A DNA stretch of 64,000 bases from Macrostomum lignano (GCA_002269645.1 NIVC01002240.1:78039-142038), one strand, 5' to 3'; positions 45,701 to 57,045 are shown, counted from the first letter of the stretch. Numbers and translations: made by a program. The notes: a model not told the origin generated them from the letters alone.

Positions 45701-48700
45701 GACGACCGGCCTAGGCTGCTGTCACAGGACGAGCTGCCGCCCTGGATTAGCAGCATCGAGGAGGAGACCGCCACCTCTAGCCTGATGGACGACGGCGAGG
45801 ACAGCGAGAGCTGCAGCGGATTCGGCAAGCGTCAACGGAAAGAAGTTGATTACACTGACTCGCTCACTGACCAGCAGTTTATTCGGGCCATTCAAGAGGG
45901 CACGCTAGACGAGATGGAGGACCAGATGCGGCACAGGAAGAAAATGAAGCGAGCCATGGCAAGCGAGGACTCAATGCTGGTAGGTTGCTGCGTGCCGTCT
46001 GACTCTCGTGTCTGAAATGTGTGACTCTGGGATGGGACTGTCTGACTCTATCTGACTCTCGCGTCTGAAATGTGTGACTCTGGGATGGGACTGTCTGACT
46101 CTTTATCTGACTCTCGTGTCTGAAATGTGTGACTCTGGGATGGGACTGTCTGACTCTTTATCTGACTCTCGTGTCTGAAATGTGTGACTCTGGGATGGGA
46201 CTGTCTGACTCTTTATCTGACTCTCGCGTCTGAAATGTGTGACTCTGGGATGGGACTGTCTGACTCTTTATCTGACTCTCGTGTCTGAAATGTGTGACTC
46301 TGGGATGGGACTGTCTGACTCTATCTGACTCTCGCGTCTGAAATGTGTGACTCTGGGATGGGACTGTCTGACTCTTTATCTGACTCTCGCGTCTGAAATG
46401 TGTGACTCTGGGATGGGACTGTCTGACTCTTTATCTGACTCTCGCGTCTGAAATGTGTGACTCTGGGATGGGACTGTCTGACTCTTTATCTGACTCTCGT
46501 GTCTGAAATGTGTGACTCTGGGATGGGACTGTCTGACTCTTTATCTGACTCTCGCGTCTGAAATGTGTGACTCTGGGATGGGACTGTCTGACTCTTTATC
46601 TGACTCTCGTGTCTGAAATGTGTGACTCTGGGATGGGACTGTCTGACTCTTTATCTGACTCTCGTGTCTGAAATGTGTGACTCTGGGATGGGACTGTCTG
46701 ACTCTTTATCTGACTCTCGTGTCTGAAATGTGTGACTCTGGGATGGGACTGTCTGACTCTTTATCTGACTCTCGCGTCTGAAATGTGTGACTCTGGGATG
46801 GGACTGTCTGACTCTTTATCTGACTCTCGCGTCTGAAATGTGTGACTCTGGGATGGGACTGTCTGACTCTTTATCTGACTCTCGTGTCTGAAATGTGTGA
46901 CTATGGGATGGGACTGTCTGACTCTTTATCTGACTCTCGTGTCTGAAATGTGTGACTCTGGGATGGGACTGTCTGACTCTTTATCTGACTCTCGCGTCTG
47001 AAATGTGTGACTCTGGGATCTGACTGTCTGACTCTTATCTGACTCTCGCGTCTGAAATGTGTGACTCTGGGATGGGACTGTCTGACTCTTTATCTGACTC
47101 TCGCGTCTGAAATGTGTGACTCTGGGATGGGACTGTCTGACTCTTTATCTGACTCTCGTGTCTGAAATGTGTGACTATGGGATGGGACTGTCTGACTCTT
47201 TATCTGACTCTCGTGTCTGAAATGTGTGACTCTGGGATGGGACTGTCTGACTCTTTATCTGACTCTCGCGTCTGAAATGTGTGACTCTGGGATGGGACTG
47301 TCTGACTCTTTATCTGACTCTCGCGTCTGAAATGTGTGACTCTGGGATGGGACTGTCTGACTCTTTATCTGACTCTCGCGTCTGAAATGTGTGACTCTGG
47401 GATGGGACTGTCTGACTCTTTATCTGACTCTCGCGTCTGAAATGTGTGACTCTGGGATGGGACTGTCTGACTCTTTATCTGACTCTCGTGTCTGAAATGT
47501 GTGACTCTGGGATGGGACTGTCTGACTCTTTATCTGACTCTCGTGTCTGAAATGTGTGACTCTGGGATGGGACTGTCTGACTCTTTATCTGACTCTCGTG
47601 TCTGAAATGTGTGACTCTGGGATGGGACTGTCTGACTCTTTATCTGACTCTCGCGTCTGAAATGTGTGACTCTGGGATGGGACTGTCTGACTCTTTATCT
47701 GTCTTTTATATCTGACTCTTTCGTTTCTGATATCTACGTATCTGACTCTTATATTTTACCCTCTTGTCTGACTCCTTCGTTACGACTCTTTGTGTACCAG
47801 ACTCTAGGGTCTCGCTGTTTCATACCTGACTAATAATAATAACTGATTACGCCTTCGCTAACGGGCAGATGTGCAACCGACAGCTCAGCCGCAGATATTG
47901 CGCGGCGCATCTGAAGGCTGCGTACGGCTGTTCAGTCCAAGGACGGGGGGGGGGTCGCAACACACCCTTATTTTCCCCAGCTAATGCTGGCACCCATTTT
48001 ACAGCTGGGTGAACTGAAGCAATGCAGAGTTAAGTGTCTTGCTTAATGACACAAATTGTTCCGAGTAGGTCAAGAATCGAACCCGCGACCTTCCAGTCGT
48101 GAGTCCGACGCTCTAACCACTAGGCTACAACCCCGTACATACCGGAATTTATGCCTCAAACTTATTTCCGCCATTCCCATGGATCACACTTGTGTCTGAC
48201 GTTTTTTAATCCACTGGCAGTCCCAGGCTTCATTCGTATCGGACGCCGATGGCTTCACGCCGCATGTCGTCGGCAGCGACGCCACCGGCAGCGGCGTCAA
48301 AGGCAAGAGCGGCCGAGGCAGAAAGAAGAAATCCATGTCGCACGGCAGATCCGCTGCTAGCGGCGGCGGCGTTCGGACGGCGGCCCCGTCGCCGGAGCTG
48401 ACGGCCCACATGCTGCGCCTGCTGCAGCCGGTGATGCGCTATCGCGACCCGACAGACAACCGGCCCCTGGCCGAGCCGTTCATCCGCCTGCCGAGCCGGC
48501 GCGAACTGCCAGACTATTACGAAGTGATCAGGCGGCCGTTGGACTTCGCCAGAATTCGTCAGCGAGTTCGCGACGGTCGCTATTTAAGCGTTGAAGAACT
48601 CGACGCGGAGGTGCGGCAACTATTCGAGAATGCGCGCACTTACAATTCCGACGGCAGTTTGATCTTTCAGGACAGCTTGGTGCTGCAGCGGGTCTGGGAG

Positions 48701-50580
48701 GAGACCAGGAAGAGTCTGGCGGAAGAGGAAGCGGCGCTGCCGGCAGTGGATGCACCTGGCGATGGTGAGTGACCCAGTTTCCTTTTCTGCGTCTGTTGCG
48801 CATTATTGAGTAACCTTTCTATCGATTGAGATTCACTCTTCCACTCATTAGAGATTCACTCTTCCGCTAATTAGAGATTCACTCTTTCACTCATTAGAGA
48901 TTCACTCTTCCACTCATTAGAGATTCACTCTTTCACTCATTAGAGATTCACTCTTCCACTCATTAGAGATTCACTCTTCCACTCATTAGAGATTCACTCT
49001 TCCACTCATTAGAGATTCACTCTTCCACTCATTAGAGATTCACTCTTCCACTCATTAGAGATTCACTCTTCCACTCATTAGAGATTCACTCTTCCACTCA
49101 TTAGAGATTCACTCTTCCACTAATTAGAGATTCACCCTTTCACTCATTAGAGATTCACTCTTCCACTCATTAGAGATTCACTCTTCCACTCATTAGGGAT
49201 TCACCCTTTCACTCATTAGGGATTCACCCTTTCACTCATTAGGGATTCACCCTTTCACTCATTAGGGATTCACCCTTTCACTCATTAGAGATTCACTCTT
49301 CCACTTATTAGAGATTCACCCTTACACTCATTAGAGATTCACTCTTTCACTCATTAGAGATTCACTCTTTCACGCGTTAGAGATTCACCCTTTCACTCAT
49401 TAGAGATTCACCCTTTTACGTGTTAGAGATTCACCCTTTTACGTGTTAGGGATTCACCCTTTCACTCATTAGAGATTCACTCTTTCATGCGTTAGAGATT
49501 CACCCTTTCACTCATTAGAGATTCACTCTTTCACTCATTAGAGATTCAGCCTTTCACTCATTAGAGATTCACTCCTTCACTCATTAGAGATTCATCTTTT
49601 CACGCGTTAAAGAGTCACCCTTTTAATAATTTAAAATTCACCCGTTCACCCCTCAAGCAATCAGTATTTCACTCAATAATGTCTTTTGCTGTCTTCCAGA
49701 GTCAATTCTGACCAGCCCGACTCAGGCGCAGGCCTCTGGAAGTTCTTCGACAACCAGGAAGCGGCCGCGGTCCTCGGCTCGGCGCGGCTCCTCAGCAGGA
49801 CCCGGCCGCGGTGCCAAGCGGCGTCGGGCGCCTCAGCAGCTGCCGCCGCCGCCAACGTTCTTTGTTAATGACGAGGAAGAGGACGCGGAACAAGCGGACA
49901 CCCCGGCGCCGGCCTCAAATCCGGCGCAGACAGACGCTGAGCTGGAGGAACCGGAAGCGGAAATGGAAATGGACGCAGAACCGGAAGCGGACGGGGATAC
50001 TCGTACCCAACCGGAAGAGGAAGAGGAACCAGAAGCCGAAGAGGAGGTCGGAGAAGAGGCGAAATTCGAAGGTGATGCAGAAACTGTTGACGAACGAAAA
50101 GATAAAGATGCGAACAATGACGCTGATGCCAATGCCGACATTGAAGTTAGTGTCGAAGCGGAAGTACCTTCGGAAGCGGAACTGGTTTCGGAAGGAAATG
50201 CGACTGCGGAAGTAGTTCCGGAAGCGGAAGTATTTCCGGAAGCGGAAGTAGCTCCGGAAGAGGAAGTATCTGCGGAAGTGAAAATTATTTCGGAAGCGGA
50301 AGTATTTCCGGAAGCGGAAGTAGCTCCGGAAGCGGAAGTATCTCCAGAAGCGGAAGTAGCTCCGGAAGCGGAAGTATCTCCAGAAGCGGAAGTATCTCCG
50401 GAAGCAGAAGTAGCTCCGGAAGCGGAAGTAGCTCCGGAAGCAGAAGTAGCTCCGGAAGCGATTGCAGTTGCGGAAGCTGAAGTAAGCGCTGAACCGGACA
50501 CGGATGTGAACGAGGGTGCAGCGATGGACGCGGATTCTGGCGCAAAGTCGGAATTATCAACATTCACGGCGGCTGAATGA
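33786..50580 (+). CDS. SMARCA2/4 (brm): Brahma/SMARCA2/4-family SWI/SNF ATPase, 10 coding exons: 33786-34148, 35537-36028, 36490-37047, 38331-38931, 39667-40247, 40589-40840, 42247-42601, 45522-45979, 48221(or 48227)-48764, 49700-50580 (~1694 aa)
   Basis: All junctions GT-AG and phase-compatible. QLQ ([19 protein letters not shown]), HSA ([26 protein letters not shown]), BRK ([12 protein letters not shown]), SNF2 ATPase ([21 protein letters not shown]), helicase C ([30 protein letters not shown]), SnAC, bromodomain (PDYYEVI..NARTYN). Confidence 0.97.
34190..35455. repeat. Minisatellite, 35-bp unit (gatcgggaatagagggcagtagtgacctgctgaag), Brahma intron 1
   Basis: About 36 copies filling the intron. 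Confidence 0.97.
36090..36345. repeat. Degenerate ~18-bp repeat (actgtcactgtctgtagg), Brahma intron 2
   Basis: Direct inspection. Confidence 0.85.
37265..38325. repeat. C-rich ~36-bp minisatellite (cccatttcaatgatcccaatccccctaatccccaat), Brahma intron 3
   Basis: Array runs up to the acceptor at 38330. Confidence 0.95.
39010..39540. repeat. ~41-bp minisatellite (taaatcctcaaaatcaaccc + taaatccttgataatcgcctc), Brahma intron 4
   Basis: Dimeric 20+21 structure, direct inspection. Confidence 0.9.
40300..40420. repeat. Short degenerate ~20-bp repeat (tcactcagaatctgtcaata), Brahma intron 5
   Basis: About 5 diverged copies. Confidence 0.6.
40877..41264. mobile_element. Possible TTAA-type (piggyBac-like) MITE
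   Basis: Imperfect TIR cccgtttgaaaacg / cgttttcatcggg; right flank ttaa, left flank tta; internal gagtcg/cgactc inverted motifs. Confidence 0.35.
41571..42190 (+). mobile_element. Full-length CORE-type SINE with (TTA)n tail, split by a MITE
   Basis: Head 41571-41636 (A box TAGCCTAGTGG, B box GGTTCGATTC); body resumes at 41939 and ends in ttattattatt. Confidence 0.88.
41637..41930. mobile_element. hAT-type MITE, 294 bp
   Basis: Perfect 14-bp TIR CATACATGCGCAAC (41637-41650) / GTTGCGCATGTATG (41917-41930); perfect 8-bp TSD TTCTCGAC (41629-41636, 41931-41938); subterminal tcggcc motifs. Confidence 0.9.
43461..45347 (-). mobile_element. Decayed piggyBac transposon in Brahma intron 7 (transposase pseudogene ~43461-45094)
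   Basis: [30 protein letters not shown] (1st D), IFVDKWFGS (2nd D), [12 protein letters not shown] (3rd D), C-terminal [32 protein letters not shown]. 5' end TTAA|CCTCTT at 45347-45351; the other TIR was not found; frameshifts and stops present. Confidence 0.92.
45998..47700. repeat. Minisatellite, 55-bp unit (tctgactctcgtgtctgaaatgtgtgactctgggatgggactgtctgactcttta), Brahma intron 8
   Basis: About 31 nearly identical copies starting ~18 nt after the donor. Confidence 0.97.
47831..48134 (-). mobile_element. Full-length CORE-type SINE
   Basis: Same A/B boxes, CORE-like body and (TTA)n tail as the other copies. Confidence 0.9.
48825..49600. repeat. Minisatellite, 23-bp unit (attagagattcactcttccactc), Brahma intron 9
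   Basis: About 33 copies. Confidence 0.95.
50150..50470 (+). repeat. Coding 18-bp repeat (EAEVxP hexapeptide) in the last Brahma exon
   Basis: About 11 exact EAEV(A/S/F)P units, in frame with the bromodomain exon. Confidence 0.9.
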
Positions 50581-50613
50581 TTGACTTTTGAGTGGTCAAT
50601 CATGACAATGACT

Positions 50614-50619
50614 AATAAA
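50614..50619 (+). terminator. Candidate polyadenylation signal of Brahma (second AATAAA at ~50819)
   Basis: AATAAA ~35 nt after the stop codon. Confidence 0.4.
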
Positions 50620-51134
50620 ATACTGATTAAAGTTATTTAAAGCTGTCTATTAATGTTACTTTATTTGTAACTTTGCTGCACACGAATGCATATTAATATT
50701 CACTCGTTCCCTATAAATCACTTTTTGTTGTCATTGCCCGTCTCTCTATGATCGACCCGATACATTGCATCATATTTTTGCTTGTTATAAAAATAGCACT
50801 TTGTCTGTTGCTTTTTTTAATAAAAAAGATTCATAGTCATAAGTTCTTTTAACCCCCGTGAGCGTGTTTATATGCTTTACTAGTACGAGTATATTGTTGG
50901 TATATTGAAAATTTTTTAATTAAAATATGGTCCCGCTTCTTAGCGAGCTAATAATAATAAAGAGAAATCGCAATTTTTTGCTTTGTTCATATTGTTATTA
51001 TAACAGTAGCAACAGTAACAATAACATATTTAGCAGTTTTGCGTGTGTATATCCTCTTCAAATTTTGGTTTGTTATACGCGAATCTGTTTTTACCTGTTT
51101 ATTATGTGATTAAACACACACCTCATTCTCTTTC

Positions 51135-51158
51135 GGTGTGTGTGTGTGTGTGTGTGTG
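51135..51158. repeat. (GT)n microsatellite
   Basis: Direct inspection. Confidence 0.9.
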
Positions 51159-51329
51159 TTTAGTAGTAATAATAATTGTTATTACTATATAACATATCTA
51201 AATATAAGTCAACACGTCTGTACTTACTGTGTCACTGTGTACTGGCTATTCATAACTTAAATCAGATAAAAACAAAGTTTTATATATAAAGTGCTTCCTT
51301 ATTTTCATTAAGAAATCCAATAGGACATT

Positions 51330-52130
51330 GAGATCAGATGGGTGAGTTAGATTGGAGTGAGATGAGACCGAAGAGTGAGATCAGATAGTAGATTGTGACC
51401 AGATAGATAAAAAGTGAGATTAAATAAGAGAGTGAGGTGAGATTGGATGGGGAGATCAGATAAAAAGTGAGGTGAGATTGGATGAGGAGATCAGATAAAA
51501 AAGAGTGAGGTGAGATGGGATGAGGAGATCAGATAAAAAGAGTGAGATGAGATTGGATGGGGAGATCAGATAAAAAGAGTGAGATGAGATTTGATGAGAT
51601 CAGATAAAAAAGAGTGAGGTGAGATTGGATGGGGAGATCAGATAAAAAGTGAGATGAGATTGGATGAGGAGATCAGATAAAAAAAGAGTGAGATGAGATT
51701 GGATGAGGAGATCAGATAAAAGAGGGAGGTGAGATTGGATGAGGAGATCAGATAAAAAGAGCGAGATGAGATTGGATGAGGAGATCAGATAAAAAGAGGG
51801 AGGTGAGATTGGATGAGGAGATCAGATAAAAGAGTGAGATGAGATTGGATGGGGAGATCAGATAAAAAGTGAAATGAGATTGGATGAGGAGATCAGATAA
51901 AAAAGAGTGAGGTGAGATGGGATGAGGAGATCAGATAAAAAGAGTGAGATGAGATTGGATAAGGAGATCAGATAAAAAGAGTCAGATGAGATTGGATAAG
52001 GAGATCAGATAAAAAAAGAGTGAGATGAGATTGGATGAGGAGAACAGATAAAAAGGAGTGAGTTGAGATTGGATGAGGAGATCAGATAAGAGTGGGGTGA
52101 GATTGGAGAGATATTAAATAAGAGATTGAG
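51330..52130. repeat. Purine-rich ~37-bp minisatellite (gagtgagatgagattggatgaggagatcagataaaaa), intergenic
   Basis: About 20 copies between Brahma and the nAChR promoter. Confidence 0.93.
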
Positions 52131-52419
52131 ATCAGATGGGTAAGAAGAAAGTGGGAATTTGAAATCGCTAATACGGTGAAGCCGTCAGGAAGATGGCTGA
52201 TCAGCACGCATGGTTGGTCAGCCAGCTAGCAAGTCGCAATCGATACTGCTGCAAACAGGCGGAACAATTTTATTCCAATAGGCCATGCGGCAGCCAGATC
52301 TCATTCTGGCCGAGCTGAAAATGTGCAGGAAATTGAAAGCAACAACAGCATGCGGGAGCGACAGTCCAGCGGTGTGGAGCCGGGATCGATCCTGGAGTCC
52401 CTCATTTCCCACTTGCAAG

Positions 52420-52500
52420 CGATTGGCTGGGCGCTGATAACGGGGATCTGTCAGTGCTGTGTGGGGTATAAAGCCGACAGCATTAGCATTTGAGAGCAGT
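52420..52500 (+). promoter_or_regulatory. Candidate core promoter of the nAChR gene
   Basis: Inverted CCAAT (ATTGG ~52422), TATAAAG 52467-52473, Inr-like GCAGT with its A 31 nt downstream; ATG at 52559. Confidence 0.5.
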
Positions 52501-52558
52501 ATAAATTTTTCAAGGCTCCGGGAGATAAGAAGATTCTCGGAGTCCTTATCTGGAGTTG

Positions 52559-55500
52559 ATGAAACTGCAGCTGCTTCTGGTGACCGCCGGCCTCAGCCTG
52601 TGTCTGAGCGGCGTCAACGGTGAGATGAATTGCCGCCTGTCTTCTGATTGCATGATAACCCGCTTCTGCATAGTGCTCATATAGAGTGAGATCAGGTGAG
52701 TTCCAACAGTGACAGACACAGCGAGGCCAGGCACAGTGAGATCTGTCACAGTGAGATCTGTCACAGCGAGGTCAGTCAAAGTGAGATCTGTCACAGTGAG
52801 ATCTGTCACAGTGAGATCTGTCACAGTGAGATCTGTCACAGTGAGATCTGTCACAGTGAGATCTGTCACAGTGAGATCTGTCACAGTGAGATCTGTCACA
52901 GTGAGGTCAGTCACAGTGAGGTCAGTCAGATAAGGCGAGTGAGGTCACTCGGAGTACAATCGGGGGAGTGCAGCATGAGATCAAGGTGTGGCAATCCATA
53001 GGTGGGGAATTTGATAGCGCGCCTGCTCCTCTTTAATCTCGAAAAAGAAGAGGCCCAGAGCCGTTCCGCTGAGAAAGTCTTCAGGGACAGGCATAATCAA
53101 AAGACTCAGACAGAGCAAATCATTGATTGGCACGGCCCCGCTGTAGCCCGCAGCCTCTCTGCTTGGCCATGTGCACTGCGCTTCAACCAGCTCGGGACCT
53201 AGCTGTCTTTTAACCTACACACAGTGTAGTCTAAATGTACTTTTAATCGCCGTTAACTTGGAGTAATATTTAAGTCTTTAAACGGCACTGTGGTTATAGA
53301 GAGTGAGATAGCCCATATACGATTGATCGGTATATTGCTTGTGAAAGCAGACAATCTCTGCCCCTTCAGCACAGTGCAGCAGATGCATCCCAGTCTGCAG
53401 GCCTTGCATTTCCTGAACAGAAAAAGCATACGAGCTAGTGGAAAAAAGCCTTAATGGCTTCCAGCTCACCTGTTTCATTTGCATTTCGGTGGAATATTCC
53501 AGGGCCAACTGAAACACTGCATGGTCTCTGCCGTGTTATTGGGATATTTCTCCCCTTCCTCAGCTCGCGATGCGACGCCAGCCACGGCAACAGGGGGAGC
53601 AGGGAGGCTGGCGGGGCTTAAACGAATTCTCATTTAGTTCCGCCTGCCCTGAGTCAACTCCGCGGATCCCCGGGTGCTTTTCGAGCAAACACCTGGACTG
53701 GCCTTTTCCCTGGCATTCTCTTCACCTGCCTGGGGTCCACTTTTCCGACTCCCGCCTCCTCAAGTAGGCAGCCAACTTTTTTTCTGCTGCGGAGCTACAG
53801 GCAATTGCCAGGCTCGACCTGGGGGAACCTGTCCCGCAACTAATTAAATACTAATTACCTTGGAGTTTCCTTCGGACTCACCGACTAATCCCAGGCCTTA
53901 GCCGCTAGTCTCTAACTTCCTCCCACTCAGCCCTTTGCCACTCCCTCCACCTTCATTCTACTGACACTGCCTTCCTTCCCCTCGTGCCCACAACTCCCCA
54001 CACTTTACTATCCCACATACCCCACATACTCCACATTCCCCATACCCAACACATTGCACACAACTCATACCCCACACACTCTACACTTCCCATACCCCAT
54101 ATCCCAAGCTCCTATTTCCCACAAACAACACTATTATTATTAGAAAAGAGTAAGACTGTTCCCAATAGCTGTTTTTGCGCTTTTTAAACCCAGCAAATCT
54201 CACGTTATTGCCTTCTTTGCCAAGTCTCCCTTTCCAAATAACTTTGCACAGCCTCCAACAGCATGTCCGACGCCAAGCGATTGTTCAACCGCCTGTTGAA
54301 TCCCACCGTCTACAAATCCTACGTGCGGCCAGTGACCAATCACAGCCAGCCGATCCTGCTGTACATGAACCTCAGCCTCGTGCAGATTCTCGATGTGGTG
54401 AGCGTCTGATCTGGCCGCAGATGCAGCTCTCTCAGGCCTGGGTGCCTGCCCCACCCCAAACCCCTCGCTCTCTCAAGCCCTGGGTGCCTGCCCCACCCCA
54501 AACCCCTCGCTCTATCAAGCCCTGGGTGCCTGCCCCACCCCAAACCCCTCGCTCTATCAAGCCCTGGGTGCCTGCCCCACCCCAAACCCCTCGCTCTCTC
54601 AGGCCTGGGTGCCTGCCCCACCCCAAACCCCTCGCTCTCTCAGCCCTGGGTGCCTGCCCCACCCCAAACCCCTCGCTCTCTCAGGCCTGGGTGCCTGCCC
54701 CACCCCAAACCCTCGCTCTCTCATCCCTGGGTGCCTGCCCCACCCCCAAACCCTCGCTCTCTCAGCCCTGGGTGCCTGCCCCACCCCCAAACCCTCGCTC
54801 TCTCATCCCTGGGTGCCTGCCCCACCCCAAACCCTCGCTCTCTCACCCCTGGGTGCCTGCCCCACCCCAAACCCTCGCTCTCTCACCCCTGGGTGCCTGC
54901 CCCACCCCCAAACCCTCGCTCTCTCATCCCTGGGTGCCTGCCCCACCCCCAAACCCTCGCTCTCTCACCCCTGGGTGCCTGCCCCACCCCAAACCCTCGC
55001 TCTCTCACCCCTGGGTGCCTGCCCCACCCCCAAACCCTCGCTCTCTCATCCCTGGGTGCCTCCTGCCCCACCCCAAACCCCTCTCAGGCCTGGGTGCCTG
55101 CCCCACCCCAAACCCCCAATCTCTCACCCAGCTGAATGAACGCAGACTGAGCGTTCATTCACAGACAAAAAATTTTCATTGCCAGGACGAGAAAAATCAA
55201 ATCGTCACGCTGAACATGTGGGTCTTCCAGCAGTGGCACGATCCAAATTTTATCTGGGATCCGGCCAGCTACGACAACATCCGGGTGATGCACATCCCAT
55301 CCGAGCAGATCTGGACTCCAGATTTGGTGCTCTACAACAAGTGAGACAATCTTGCGATTCACTGTTTTTTAGAGCTTCCCGTGTGCTAAAAATGAGATTA
55401 GGTCTTGAAATTTCTCTCAAATTACTAACGCTTCCGATAATTGCTCACAATGTCACTCTGAACCCCTACCCAAAATGTGCAAAATGTCACCCGCAGTGCC

Positions 55501-57033
55501 GGAGGTGACTGGGACCTGCGCAGTTCGGCCAACAAAGTCAGCGTGTTCTCGGACGGCACGGTGCAGTGGAAGCCGCCCATAATATTCAAGAGCCAGTGCG
55601 ACATTGACGTGGAGTTTTTCCCGTTCGACACGCAGAACTGCACCCTGAAACTCGGCACCTGGACTCACAACGGATTCCTGATCGACCTGCGTCACGTGGC
55701 CCAGATGGAGGAGGCGCTGCTGAACCGGCGGGTGAACTTTGACAACTGCCAGGCCTTCATTGACTATGCGGTCGATCTCAGCCAGTTTGTGGAGAACGGC
55801 GAATGGGACATCCTGGGTGAGGGCCCCGGAGTGACCTTTGAGGGGCGACGCTTGTCTAGAGTGACGCTTCTGTCTGGAGTGACGCTTCTGTCTGGAGTGA
55901 CGCTTCTGTCTGGAGTGACGCTTCTGTCTGGAGTGACGCTTCTGTCTGGAGTGACGCTTCTGTCTGGAGTGACGCTTCTGTCTGGAGTGACGCTTCTGTC
56001 TGGAGTGACGCCTCTCTGGAGTGACGCTTCTCTCTGGAGTGACGCTTCTGTCTGGAGTGACGCTTCTGTCTGGAGTGACGCTTCTGTCTGGAGTGACGCT
56101 TCTGTCTGGAGTGACGCTTCTGTCTGGAGTGACGCCTCTCTGGAGTGACGCTTCTCTCTGGAGTGACGCTTCTGTCTGGAGTGACGCTTCTGTCTGGAGT
56201 GACGCTTCTGTCTGGAGTGACGCTTCTGTCTGGAGTGACGCCTCTCTGGAGTGATGCTTCTCTCTGGAGTGACGCTTCTCTCTAGAGTGACGCTTCTCTC
56301 TGGAGTGACGCTTCTCTCTGGAGTGACGCTTTTCTCTAGAGTGACGCTTCTCTCTGGAGTGACTCTTCTCTCTGGAGTGACGCTTCTCTCTAGAGTGACG
56401 CTTCTCTCTGGAGTGACTCTTCTCTCTAGAGTGACGCTTCTCTCTGGAGTGACTCTTCTCTCTGGAGTGACGCTTCTCTCTGGAGTGACTCTTTACGAGT
56501 AACGTGTCGAATTACGTTGTAAACTCGACTCCGCAGAGGCCTCCGCCCGTCGCAACATCGCCAAGTACCGCTGCTGCCCGGAGCCCTACTTGGACCTGAC
56601 CTTCTCTCTGCGGATCCGCCGCAAGACCCTGTTCTACGGGGTGAACCTCATCTGCCCCTGCCTGGCCATCAGCTTCCTCACTGTGCTCGTCTTCTACCTG
56701 CCCGGCAGCTCGGGCGAGAAAATGTCCCTGTCGGTGAACATCCTCGTTTCCTTGACCGTCTTCTTCTGGCTGATCTTTGACATTTGCCCGCCAACATCGC
56801 GGGTTGTGCCGCTGATACTGAAGTACCTGCTGTTCACCATGGCGCTGGTGACCCTGTCCGTCATGGCCACCGTGGTTGTCATCAACGTGCACTGGCGCTC
56901 GCCCGACGGCAGCGTCATGGCGCCCTGGGTGCGCCGGGTGTTCTTCAGGGCCCTGCCGCGCCTGCTGCTCATCCGCATGCCGCCTGCGCTGGCAGCCGAG
57001 GCCGAGACTGAGGCGGCCGAGGCAGAGCTTGAG
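52559..57033 (+). CDS. Nicotinic acetylcholine receptor alpha subunit, exons 52559-52619, 54252-54397, 55186-55340, 55497-55816, 56537-57033; rest of the loop and TM4 not located in the window
   Basis: Signal peptide [18 protein letters not shown]; [11 protein letters not shown]; [10 protein letters not shown]; Cys-loop [15 protein letters not shown]; loop B GTWTH; loop C YRCCPEPY (vicinal Cys = alpha); TM1-3 with GEK. All junction phases compatible. Confidence 0.95.
52730..52925. repeat. 15-bp minisatellite (cacagtgagatctgt), nAChR intron 1
   Basis: About 13 copies. Confidence 0.95.
53278..53508 (-). CDS. Candidate last two exons (53470-53508, 53278-53412) of a small antisense gene nested in nAChR intron 1
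   Basis: tttcag|[13 protein letters not shown]|gtgagc, 57-nt intron, tttttctgttcag|[44 protein letters not shown]; ATTAAA ~30 nt downstream. No family recognised. Confidence 0.35.
   Translation of the reverse strand: MALEYSTEMQMKQVSWKPLRLFSTSSYAFSVQEMQGLQTGMHLLHCAEGAEIVCFHKQYTDQSYMGYLTLYNHSAV
54430..55110. repeat. C-rich ~39-bp minisatellite (ctgggtgcctgccccaccccaaaccctcgctctctcacc), nAChR intron 2
   Basis: About 17 copies filling the intron. Confidence 0.95.
55855..56495. repeat. 18-bp minisatellite (ctggagtgacgcttctgt), nAChR intron 4
   Basis: About 35 copies filling the intron. Confidence 0.97.
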
Positions 57034-57045
57034 GTTTGCGGACAT

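Noticed and set aside
49833-50603. Ser/Ala-rich minus-strand ORF, and antisense ORFs over the GPCR, LINEs and Brahma exons
   Set aside because: Shadow frames of GC-rich coding sequence on the other strand.
960-56495. Regular repeats as CRISPR arrays
   Set aside because: Units are directly adjacent with no unique spacers, there are no cas genes, and the context is eukaryotic.
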